A stretch of 27,095 nt of DNA from a virus. Lineage: Duplodnaviria > Caudoviricetes. The DNA lies in the IMG/VR virus record IMGVR_UViG_3300020450_000080, positions 1 through 27,095 of that record, one strand, 5' to 3'. The notes beneath the pieces are model-generated. The model searched no databases and had not been told where the DNA came from. It saw only the letters and a program-made list of their open reading frames with translations. Numbering within the stretch: position 1 is the stretch's first letter; every line of letters begins with the position of its first letter. Of the stretch, positions 1 to 8,065 are shown in pieces. The position numbers and the translations under genes were made by a program.

Positions 1-158
1 GGAAGGGCTAAAGGAGCCAACTCTCTATACAAAACTAATTGATAATTAATTCTAAGCTCTCCATTTTCATCTTTTTCATCAGGTCTTAAATCTAAACTTT
101 CTCCATAGTCAGTTAATATACATTTTATTGCTTTTGCTATTTTTATTGGATTTAACAT
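1..158 (-). CDS. Hypothetical protein, 5' part only (runs off the left edge)
   Basis: Not in the ORF track. ATG at 158-156 overlaps the upstream stop (TAATG); the frame stays open to the window edge: MLNPIKIAKAIKCILTDYGESLDLRPDEKDENGELRINYQLVLYRELAPLAL... Confidence 0.7.
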   Translation of the reverse strand, partial: MLNPIKIAKAIKCILTDYGESLDLRPDEKDENGELRINYQLVLYRELAPLAL

Positions 159-835
159 TATTTAGATACAACCACTACCCTTGCAGGTGCAACTCCCTTA
201 TTAGTTATATCAATTGAATCACTTGTTAATTTTTTCGTAGTAAATTGTTCAATTTCTGTATCTCCTATTGAACACTTTTGAGGAAAAAATACATAATTAC
301 TTCCTTCTTGTTTTGCTATAGTTTTTGTATCACCTACATCAATATCTATATGTTTATTAGTATAATCACTTGCTGACCTAGTACATAAAAGTCTTGTACC
401 ATCAACTGTTGCTTCCATAGATGCTTTTCCTGCTAATCCCCACTTTCCTCTGGCATCGTATAATGTTGGATAGTCTACTCCATAAGTATAAGTAAATATA
501 TATTCTTTATTAGCTATTGCCTCACTTGTAGTTGATTCTTCAAATACAGAATTTTTATTTAAAGCTTTGAATCGTTCTATATCTGATGCTTCTATTTCAT
601 CTCCCGTCCAAGATACTGTTCCTTTTAATGCTCCTTGTATTAATGAAAGTCTATTAGGTCGTCTAAAGACTTTAGAGCTTTCTGTATCATAAACTATTTC
701 TGGATAACCTTCTTGATTATCCTCCATAGTTTCTCTTAATACAATATCTCCTGTTTTTCCTTCGAGCACAATAAATTCTAAATCTTCCTCAGGTTTAGCA
801 TGTGCTATGGGTGTGAATGTAATAATTATTGCCAT
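158..835 (-). CDS. Hypothetical protein (225 aa), beta-rich, possibly cupin-like; downstream of the fibre module
   Basis: Long ORF abutting both neighbours, with GGAG upstream. No recognised catalytic motif; the fold guess comes only from short beta-strand patterns. Confidence 0.75.
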   Translation of the reverse strand: MAIIITFTPIAHAKPEEDLEFIVLEGKTGDIVLRETMEDNQEGYPEIVYDTESSKVFRRPNRLSLIQGALKGTVSWTGDEIEASDIERFKALNKNSVFEESTTSEAIANKEYIFTYTYGVDYPTLYDARGKWGLAGKASMEATVDGTRLLCTRSASDYTNKHIDIDVGDTKTIAKQEGSNYVFFPQKCSIGDTEIEQFTTKKLTSDSIDITNKGVAPARVVVVSK

Positions 836-1093
836 TTATATTTCTCCTACTGGTATTATTGGGTCTTTTAAATCTACTAAAACTAAATGTTCTTGTTGAT
901 TTCGTGATTCTTCTATATTTTTGTCTGTCGTATTTAAGGTTTCATATTTTTCATCTATTATTCGTTTTAAATTTGCAAACATGTCTTGTATTTGTTCTTC
1001 TGATGTATTTTCTGCCATTGTTTGAAAAGTTTCATTTTTATAAGTTGCAAAAGCGTACCTAACTCCATTGATTGTTTTATATGTAATATCCAT
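836..1093 (-). CDS. Hypothetical protein (85 aa, MDITYKTING...)
   Basis: ATG at 1093 lies 1 nt after the stop of 1095..1814, which is more plausible than the track start at 1153 that overlaps the upstream gene. Its stop abuts the next ATG. Confidence 0.7.
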   Translation of the reverse strand: MDITYKTINGVRYAFATYKNETFQTMAENTSEEQIQDMFANLKRIIDEKYETLNTTDKNIEESRNQQEHLVLVDLKDPIIPVGEI

Positions 1094-1094
1094 C

Positions 1095-1814
1095 TTAAAA
1101 ATTAAATTGTAAACTCCAAGTTCCACTAAAGCTACCCATAGTTGTAGAAGCATTACCTAAAAATGCAAAAACTGTATAGTTGCCTACAGTTCCATTGTTC
1201 TGATGAGATATTGAGTATCTTCCTTGAAAAAAATTATTAGCTGTATTAATTGATGAATTGCACCATATAGTTGTAGCAGAATTATTACCTTTAGCCGCAC
1301 AAGTAATAGTTGCAAAAGAAGTTCCCCATGCAGTAGTGTCGGGAAAACTAGTGCTAGCAGTTCCTAAATGTCCTGATACATATACAAATCCTAAATTTGG
1401 TAAAACGGAACCCGTATCTCTATAAATTACTACTCCATAGCAAGTCTCAGAACTAGTTGAACCTGCAGATGTTCCTCTAAAATTATTCGCCTGTATAGTC
1501 CCAGATGAAGGTATAGCTCCTGCATTTCCTATTTTATCAACTCCTGACGTTTTAGTAATAGTTTGCGACGAGCTACTATTGCTGGTGTCACTCCTAACAG
1601 TATCATGACTCCACCCATCAGCATTTCTATAATATGTAGATTTTCCACTAGTATAACTTGTACCAGTACTCACTACTGTCGGTGTAACAGTTTGACTAGT
1701 ATTATTACTAGGCAGACTTCCTGAGTAGTATTCATTTAAACTAATAGGATTACTTCCCCCAAACTCACTTTGAATTTGTGAAAATGATATTGCTCCTGAA
1801 CTTGAGATTGCCAT
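1095..1814 (-). CDS. Putative tail-fibre tip adhesin / receptor-binding protein (239 aa)
   Basis: N-terminal motif MAISSSGAISFSQIQSEFGGSNPISLNEYY...IPSSGTIQANNFRG, which I recognise from small proteins encoded after chaperone-processed phage fibres. Ser/Thr/Gly- and aromatic-rich C-terminal part. Adhesin role is inferred by analogy to T2/S16 gp37-gp38. Confidence 0.6.
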   Translation of the reverse strand: MAISSSGAISFSQIQSEFGGSNPISLNEYYSGSLPSNNTSQTVTPTVVSTGTSYTSGKSTYYRNADGWSHDTVRSDTSNSSSSQTITKTSGVDKIGNAGAIPSSGTIQANNFRGTSAGSTSSETCYGVVIYRDTGSVLPNLGFVYVSGHLGTASTSFPDTTAWGTSFATITCAAKGNNSATTIWCNSSINTANNFFQGRYSISHQNNGTVGNYTVFAFLGNASTTMGSFSGTWSLQFNF

Positions 1815-2440
1815 TATTTACTTTCCTTTTCTTGCCACTCTATTTTAACCATACTTTCTACATTTCTATGCCAATTTTCATGGTCTTTAAAAAGTTGTGG
1901 AGTATTTTTCCAAATACTTGTAGCTAAATTTTTTCTTGTTCCTTTATGTACTCGAGTCACTCTGTGCATTTGTGCTGAGTCTATAAGTACAAATCTATTT
2001 TCTTTGGGTCTTATTCTTTCTATATTTTCTGTATCAATATTTAAAGCATTTTTACATTGTGCTTCTAAATTTAATCTCTCATTGTATGGTGCTACTTCCA
2101 TAACACCACCACATAAATCATGACTTACTTCTACATAATAAACTAAACTTTTGTCTGCTATTAAGTAATCATCATTTATATAGTGTGCTTCACAAGTGTC
2201 TTGATGCCATTCTAAAGAACCCATATCTTGAAATACTCTAGACCAGTATTCAAATCCACCTTCAAGATAATCATTTGGATTTATTAAATCTTCCCATAAA
2301 AGTTTTATAACCTCTTCTACTGAATTTCTAGGATTTTCTGCCCACCAACCTTTCCAATAGTTATACATAGGCATAGTTTGATATGCTTTAGATTCTGCTA
2401 AATTAAAATCTAGTTTTAAAGCATGGTCTTTTACTATCAT
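1814..2440 (-). CDS. 2OG-Fe(II) oxygenase superfamily protein (prolyl-hydroxylase-like)
   Basis: H79-x-D81 (WHQD), SLVYY...GG strand pattern, PKENRFVLI, distal H159 (MHRV) and R169 ten residues later. This is the HxD...H facial triad plus the 2OG-binding Arg. Confidence 0.85.
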   Translation of the reverse strand: MIVKDHALKLDFNLAESKAYQTMPMYNYWKGWWAENPRNSVEEVIKLLWEDLINPNDYLEGGFEYWSRVFQDMGSLEWHQDTCEAHYINDDYLIADKSLVYYVEVSHDLCGGVMEVAPYNERLNLEAQCKNALNIDTENIERIRPKENRFVLIDSAQMHRVTRVHKGTRKNLATSIWKNTPQLFKDHENWHRNVESMVKIEWQEKESK

Positions 2441-3579
2441 TTATTTTCTAGTTTTTCTATTTTTGCTGATAATTCTTTTACAGCTTCAATCAATACTGCT
2501 GTTAGTCTGCTGTAATCTACAGACTTAGTTCCCATTTCATCGTCTGCTGTTAATACTATTTCTGGTAATATTTTTTCTACTTCTTGAGCTATTACACCTA
2601 TGTTTTCTTTTTCATCTCTTGTATAGGTAACTCCTCTTAATCTATTTACTTTATCTAAACCACTTTCTAAAGTTTGAATATTATCTTTTAGTCTTTCATC
2701 TGAGTAAGCTGTAACATTATTGTTAAAGGTTGCAGCACCTGCTTCAGAGGCATCTATAGTTAAAGCTACTATTTCAGTTCCACCATCATTAACTCTAAAT
2801 ATCATGTCTTTGTCTGAGGTAGAAGCACGAAGTGTAAAGTTTGCAGAACCCATGTCTATTTGACCTCTTTCAGTACCGCTCTGTTTAAAAATTACATTTT
2901 CGCCAGCTGCATCAAGAATAATATCTCCAGATACATCAAAAGTTAAATCTCCTGTTCTTGTAATTAAACCTCCACCAATATCAACAGAACCATTAAACGT
3001 AGCCCTTCCTGCATCTGACATATCAAGTCTTAGTGCAGTTATATAAGAGCTGCCATCATAACCATTTAATTTTATGTCTTTATCTTGAACCACAGCATCT
3101 ATGTCAAAATCTCCGCTATTGTTTGCGAAATTACCCCATTGAGTTCCTGCGTCTTTTAAAGCTATATTTCCACCATCAACATCTATAGTTAAATTATCTA
3201 CGACATCAATAGTCATAGAACCAGAAGCATTTGCTATATCTCCAGTAAAAATGGCTTTACCAGCTTCTGACATATCAAGTGTAAGTGCAGTAATATCACT
3301 TCCTCCATCTGTTCCTTTAAATATGATGTCATCATCACTACTTCCATTGTCTATTGTTATATTTCCTGAAGAAGTAGATATAGTAACTGCTGCATCTCCT
3401 GCAGTAATATCATCAGCTGCAGAGGCACCACTTGAAGTTATAGTAGAAACTAGAGCTTTCTTTAAACTATTATCAGACGCATCAAAAATAAGAAGATGGT
3501 CTGCATCTGCAGCAGACACTTGAGTTTGGTCTGATATTACTCCTGCTGCTAAAAATTCTGCTTGTACTTTTGTTGTCAT
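2437..3579 (-). CDS. Tail fibre protein with C-terminal intramolecular chaperone (peptidase S74), 380 aa
   Basis: AYS|DERLKDNI...IGVIAQEVEKILPE...VDYSRLTAVLIEAVKEL followed by a terminal coiled coil; three internal repeats. Confidence 0.9.
   Translation of the reverse strand: MTTKVQAEFLAAGVISDQTQVSAADADHLLIFDASDNSLKKALVSTITSSGASAADDITAGDAAVTISTSSGNITIDNGSSDDDIIFKGTDGGSDITALTLDMSEAGKAIFTGDIANASGSMTIDVVDNLTIDVDGGNIALKDAGTQWGNFANNSGDFDIDAVVQDKDIKLNGYDGSSYITALRLDMSDAGRATFNGSVDIGGGLITRTGDLTFDVSGDIILDAAGENVIFKQSGTERGQIDMGSANFTLRASTSDKDMIFRVNDGGTEIVALTIDASEAGAATFNNNVTAYSDERLKDNIQTLESGLDKVNRLRGVTYTRDEKENIGVIAQEVEKILPEIVLTADDEMGTKSVDYSRLTAVLIEAVKELSAKIEKLENK
2720..3336 (-). repeat. Three internal protein repeats (period about 84-90 aa) in the 380-aa fibre
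   Basis: DDDIIFKGTDGGSDITALTLDMSEAGKAIF (aa 82), DKDIKLNGYDGSSYITALRLDMSDAGRATF (aa 166), DKDMIFRVNDGGTEIVALTIDASEAGAATF (aa 256). Confidence 0.85.
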
Positions 3580-3606
3580 ATTATCCCTCTAATGTTGTAA
3601 TTCTTG
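3577..3606. repeat. Direct repeat copy 1 at a fibre gene junction
   Basis: 26/30 nt identical to 4799..4828, including an exact 15-mer CATATTATCCCTCTA. Confidence 0.8.
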
Positions 3607-4801
3607 CTTCTGCGGCTTCTAGTTTTGTTGAAAGCTCTTGTATTGATTTTGTTAATAAAGGTACTAATTTAGAATGGTCTATACCTTGTGGGTCTATTTC
3701 TGCTGCTGTCTTTACATCACCAACTTTTTTACCTTCTGGTAATTCATCACTTTCTGTATAAAGAACCTCCGAAGTCATAGCATCTTTTTCACCTGAAATA
3801 GCTTCTGGAACTATGTTAGAAACTTCGTGTGCTAAGAATCCATCTACTAATGTATTTGTTTCGTCTGCAATAAAATTAAATCTTGCAGGTTTTAGTTGTT
3901 TAACTCTATTTAAAGCATCAAACTCATAATTAATATTTTCTTTTAATCTGTAATCTGAACTTGTTGAATAAGTAACAGATGTACCTGTGGTACTGATTCC
4001 ACCTGCATAAGTAGCCGAAGAATCAGTATTTCTATAAAATTGAATTTGTGCAACAGCCTGAGCACCTGTTTGTCTAAACTGAATATAAGAGTTTGACTGT
4101 TCTAATGATAAAGATGCTGTACCTGTTCTTGTAGTTGAAGTACCTATTAAAAAATTACCAGAAGAATCAATTCTTACTCTTTCTGAACCATTAGTTTCAA
4201 ATTCTATGGTGTTACTATCTCTTAAAAGTATTCTGTTTGAACCGTCATAATTATCTCCCATGATAAGACCAGCAGAACCCCCATAGACATACATATAATT
4301 ATTTGAATAAGTGCCAATTATGCTATTAGTAAAAGTAAAATGATTGGAAGCAAAGCTCATAGAGTTTGCAACATTAATAGAACCAGAGCCAGTAATTCTT
4401 AGTCTTTCTGCTAAAGTTCCTCCGCCTCTTGTTCTAAGAACTATATCTCCGTCCTCTGTGCCGTCTGAAACATCTGTGGATATAAAGTCTATGGACTGGA
4501 ATATAGTTTCCTCACTAGCATCGTTTTCTCCACTTACATTTATCATGCCTATGTAATCATTGTCTGCAGGAGAACCTGAAAGTTTTTGTAATCTTATATT
4601 TGCTGGATTAGCATCTGCATTGGTGTTTATAAATCTTGCTGTAACTGAACTAGCACCAGAATCGGAAACTACTAATGGGTCTGAGCCACTTGTTGTTCCT
4701 ATTAATACATTTTCACTACTATCAATAGTAATAGCCGTAGCATCAGAACTGTCTGAAACTCCTGTATTTAATAATCCTCTTGAAATTTTTGTTAATGCCA
4801 T
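3581..4801 (-). CDS. Tail fibre protein with C-terminal S74 chaperone, 406 aa
   Basis: MALTKI N-terminus, ERLRI/ERVRIDSSG fibre repeats, TSS|DYRLKENI...GFLAHEV...IDHSKLVPLLTKSIQEL. Confidence 0.9.
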   Translation of the reverse strand: MALTKISRGLLNTGVSDSSDATAITIDSSENVLIGTTSGSDPLVVSDSGASSVTARFINTNADANPANIRLQKLSGSPADNDYIGMINVSGENDASEETIFQSIDFISTDVSDGTEDGDIVLRTRGGGTLAERLRITGSGSINVANSMSFASNHFTFTNSIIGTYSNNYMYVYGGSAGLIMGDNYDGSNRILLRDSNTIEFETNGSERVRIDSSGNFLIGTSTTRTGTASLSLEQSNSYIQFRQTGAQAVAQIQFYRNTDSSATYAGGISTTGTSVTYSTSSDYRLKENINYEFDALNRVKQLKPARFNFIADETNTLVDGFLAHEVSNIVPEAISGEKDAMTSEVLYTESDELPEGKKVGDVKTAAEIDPQGIDHSKLVPLLTKSIQELSTKLEAAEARITTLEG

Positions 4802-4828
4802 ATTATCCCTCTAGTGTTTCTATTCTTG
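4799..4828. repeat. Direct repeat copy 2 at a fibre gene junction
   Basis: Matches 3577..3606; spans the last codons (..TLEG), stop and next ATG. Confidence 0.8.
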
Positions 4829-7800
4829 ACTTTAAGTCGTCTATTATGACTTGTTGTTCTTGGATTGCTTTCATCAAATAAACGGTCATACCACTTGGGT
4901 TAAACCAATGTTTACCATCTTTAGGATTTATTTGATATGCTTCTGGAAACTTATCTACTTCATTTTGTGCTATATAACCTTTTATTTCTTTTTTATTTTC
5001 ATCACTTTTATATGTAAAAGTAGAAGGTTTTATATTTTTAAAGCTATCTAAAACATTTTCATTCCAATCTTTTACATTTTCTTTAAAGGCTATATCTGAA
5101 CCACTTTGAGAAAAAGTTGTGCCGCTTGAATTACTTAGTATGTAGCCATTTGCATTTCCAGAGCTGTTAAATATATACAATGGAAAGTAATTATTAGATG
5201 AATCTGGTATTGTGACAAGTCCTGAATAACCATTACCGATATTTCCTATGTGTAAACCATGATTAGCATTTGCATCTATTGAAACTTTATAACCTGAATT
5301 TGGACTTGTAGTACCAATACCAAGTCTACCAGAAGAATCAATTCTCATTCTTTCTGTATCACTTGTACCAAATATAAAAGCACTAGCACCTGTATTTAAA
5401 AGGAAAGCATTATTAGCTAAATAATTACCAGTGCCAGAACCTGCTATACCAAAAGTTATACCTGCTGTTGAATTTGCATTACTAAAAGTTTGATTTGCAT
5501 AATTACCTGTACCATCTTTTTTAATCTGTAATCTTGAATTTGGTGCAGTAGTTCCTGTTCCTACTCCAAGATTATCTGAAAGAGTTATGTCTCCGCCAGA
5601 GGCGATTCTCATTTTTTCTGTACTATTTGTACCAAACGCTAAAAAATGATTGCTTGTAGTACCTATGACTGTCTCTAGATTTGAACTAATAAAAGATTTA
5701 GCTGCTCTATTTAGTCCAAATAAAGTTCCAGAAGCACTACCACTATAAGAAAGTGTTGAAAGACCATTATCATCACTATTACGCACTTGTTGTTGACCTT
5801 GTCCACTTGAAGATGTAGTAGTTATTTTTGAAATTGTATCTCCAGCAGAACTAATAGTTAAATTTTCTCCTGGACTTGTGGTTCCTATACCAACAGCCCC
5901 TCCTGTAGTCATAAATAAATCGGGGTCTCTAAAACCACCACCAATACCAAAACCACCAGATTGGACTCCAACATTTCCTTTTACAGTTCCACCATTAGCA
6001 AATAGTAGAACTCCACCTGCACTTCCTGTTCTATCAAGTAGTGTTGCATCACCCGCCATTTCAATATGTACTGGTCTACTTGGTGATGAATTACCAATAC
6101 CCACACGTCCTGTATCAGTTATAATCATACGTTCAGTACCACCAGTATCAAATCTTATTTTATCTTCATCACTAGATTCTTCCATTTGAATCTTTGTATC
6201 GCCATCAGAGTCTTGGAAAGTTGCAACTGATGTATTTGTAAGCGTTATAGCTTCGACTGCCGTTCCGTTTGGTGGGGCAGTACTAAAAGTTAAAGTGCTT
6301 CCTGAAACTGAATAAGTTGATTTGTGTTGCATTACACCATCAATAGTTACAAAACATTGATTTTCTGAGCTTGGTGTTGTTCCAAGTGCTAAAGTAGTAT
6401 CGGAGCCGTCTCCTGTCATTGTTGCAAGAATAGGAGCAGTTCCAACTATACCACCCTCTAATTGAAAAACTTCTATAATTCTACCATTTAAAGGTGCTGT
6501 TGCAAAAGTTAAAGTTGTTCCTGATACGCTATAAACATTATCTGCTTGATACACACCATCTATAAATACTATAAGACCGTTTTCATTACTCATACTTGTA
6601 GTAAGAGTAAAAGTAGTATCAGAGCCATCTCCTGTAAAAGTATTTTTAGCAAAAGAAGAACTACTTCCTCCACTTCCACTTGATGCAAAAGTAATAGTAT
6701 CATTACTTGCATTAGTAGTGATTGTCATATTTGAACCAGCTGCAAAAGTTAAAGTATCAGTAGCTGAGTCTGCCACTACATCATCTTGTCCTGAGACTGA
6801 TAAAGTTTTGAAAGCTTCAGAAACACTTCCACTTGCTGTTGCAAAAGATAAAGTTCCACTTCCATTTGTAGTTAATACTTGTCCATTACTTCCATCTGAT
6901 ACATTTAATTCTGATATTCCTACTGCATTTGCTGCTATTTCACTTGCTCCAACAGCATCAGTTGCTATCTTTGCTGCTGTTACTGAATTTGCTGCTAGTT
7001 TTGCTGAAGTTACATTTAAGTCTGCTATCTTTGAAGTTGTTACTGCATCATCTGCTATTCCTGAAGCACTTGATACAAAAGTAATAGTATCGCTACTTGC
7101 ATTTGTAGTGATTGTCATTCCACTTCCACCTACTAGCGTTAAAGTATCTGTTGCTCCATCAGCTACTACATCATCTTGTCCTGAGACCGATAGTGTTTTA
7201 AATGTTTCTGTTACTGTTCCTGACGAAGGGTTTGCAAAAGATAGCGTACCACTTCCATTAGTTGTTAATACTTGACCGTTACTACCGTCGCTTACATTTA
7301 GTTCAGAGATACCTACTGTATTTTGTGATATCATTGCTGCTGTAATACTATTATTTCCTAAATTATCTTGTTTTGCGGCAAGTACAGCAGCACTTATCTG
7401 TGTGGCTCCTATACTATTGTCTGGAATCTCAGAAGATGTTATTGAGTTTTGTGCTATTTGTGAAGTACCTACTGCATTTGCTGCTATTGCATCTGAAGCT
7501 ACATAAATTCCTGACCCCATAAGTCCATGATTACTACATTGATAGTATAAAACTTGAGGAGTAGAAGTAGTAACTGCTATTTGAACATAAGCTCCACTAT
7601 TTCCAGCAGAGCCACTTGTTGTTACACCTGTAGTATATTGAGTTGCTTTTGCAGCATCTAAATAAAATCTAAGTGGGTGACCTGAGTTTGAGTTATCTGA
7701 TTGGTCAAATTTATAAGTGTTACCTGGGATAAGAGAGAGAAACGGCCCCTCGAGACCTTGAATAGTATAACCATTACTAGAGCCGTTTCCGTGATTTGGG

Positions 7801-8030
7801 TGTGCTGCTGTTTTTGTTATAACTTTTACAACTAATTCTTGAGTTCCAAAAGAGTTAATACCTTGAGGTGCATAAGCATGTATTGCATCTCCTGTGCTTC
7901 CATCTACATGCTTTCTTAGAAAGAACTTTCCGTCTTTCGTATTAATTGCTACTTCTCCTAATGCTAAATTAGAAGTGGTAGGTATAGTTCCAGCCGTATT
8001 CGACCTTTTTAATTTTACTGTTTGTGCCAT
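4803..8030 (-). CDS. Large mosaic tail fibre (1075 aa): Mtd_N-like anchor, cupredoxin-like domain, duplicated segments, S74 chaperone
   Basis: N-terminal VKLKRS...P....LALGEVAINTKDGKFF; H118...C165-x2-H168-x2-M171; ERMRI/GIGTTSP repeats; GS|DIAFKENV...GYIAQNE...LMKAIQEQQ. Confidence 0.9.
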   Translation of the reverse strand: MAQTVKLKRSNTAGTIPTTSNLALGEVAINTKDGKFFLRKHVDGSTGDAIHAYAPQGINSFGTQELVVKVITKTAAHPNHGNGSSNGYTIQGLEGPFLSLIPGNTYKFDQSDNSNSGHPLRFYLDAAKATQYTTGVTTSGSAGNSGAYVQIAVTTSTPQVLYYQCSNHGLMGSGIYVASDAIAANAVGTSQIAQNSITSSEIPDNSIGATQISAAVLAAKQDNLGNNSITAAMISQNTVGISELNVSDGSNGQVLTTNGSGTLSFANPSSGTVTETFKTLSVSGQDDVVADGATDTLTLVGGSGMTITTNASSDTITFVSSASGIADDAVTTSKIADLNVTSAKLAANSVTAAKIATDAVGASEIAANAVGISELNVSDGSNGQVLTTNGSGTLSFATASGSVSEAFKTLSVSGQDDVVADSATDTLTFAAGSNMTITTNASNDTITFASSGSGGSSSSFAKNTFTGDGSDTTFTLTTSMSNENGLIVFIDGVYQADNVYSVSGTTLTFATAPLNGRIIEVFQLEGGIVGTAPILATMTGDGSDTTLALGTTPSSENQCFVTIDGVMQHKSTYSVSGSTLTFSTAPPNGTAVEAITLTNTSVATFQDSDGDTKIQMEESSDEDKIRFDTGGTERMIITDTGRVGIGNSSPSRPVHIEMAGDATLLDRTGSAGGVLLFANGGTVKGNVGVQSGGFGIGGGFRDPDLFMTTGGAVGIGTTSPGENLTISSAGDTISKITTTSSSGQGQQQVRNSDDNGLSTLSYSGSASGTLFGLNRAAKSFISSNLETVIGTTSNHFLAFGTNSTEKMRIASGGDITLSDNLGVGTGTTAPNSRLQIKKDGTGNYANQTFSNANSTAGITFGIAGSGTGNYLANNAFLLNTGASAFIFGTSDTERMRIDSSGRLGIGTTSPNSGYKVSIDANANHGLHIGNIGNGYSGLVTIPDSSNNYFPLYIFNSSGNANGYILSNSSGTTFSQSGSDIAFKENVKDWNENVLDSFKNIKPSTFTYKSDENKKEIKGYIAQNEVDKFPEAYQINPKDGKHWFNPSGMTVYLMKAIQEQQVIIDDLKSRIETLEG
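6240..6647 (-). repeat. Tandem pair of ~63-70 aa 'TGDGSDTT...IDGV.Q....YSVSG.TLTF.TAP.NG' domains
   Basis: Two copies visible in the translation, at about 6459..6647 and 6240..6428. Confidence 0.85.
6678..7316 (-). repeat. Duplicated ~83-aa segment (7068..7316 and 6678..6923), each copy preceded by 10-aa-period repeats
   Basis: VGISELNVSDGSNGQVLTTNGSGTLSFA is identical in both copies, followed by FKTLSVSGQDDVVAD.ATDTLT...MTITTNAS.DTITF.SS. Confidence 0.95.
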
Positions 8031-8051
8031 ATCTATGGTGTCCTATCTTTG

Positions 8052-8065
8052 TGCGTATATACGCA
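8052..8065. promoter_or_regulatory. Perfect 14-bp palindrome TGCGTATATACGCA between two fibre genes
   Basis: Self-complementary and CG-containing within an AT-rich 46-bp spacer, just upstream of the AGGA ribosome-binding site. Function unknown. Confidence 0.6.

Noticed and set aside
829-1062. Plus-strand 77-aa hydrophobic ORF resembling a holin or membrane protein
   Set aside because: Leu/Phe richness is the expected antisense reading of A-rich coding DNA, and it lies opposite a well-coupled minus-strand gene.
1094-1153. Extended N-terminus of ORF 836..1153
   Set aside because: Overlaps the 3' end of the adhesin candidate; the ATG at 1093 fits the coupling pattern better.
2437-8030. Invertible fibre-switching (shufflon/Gin-type) system
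   Set aside because: All fibre genes are co-oriented and complete with their own starts; no invertase or flanking inverted repeats seen.
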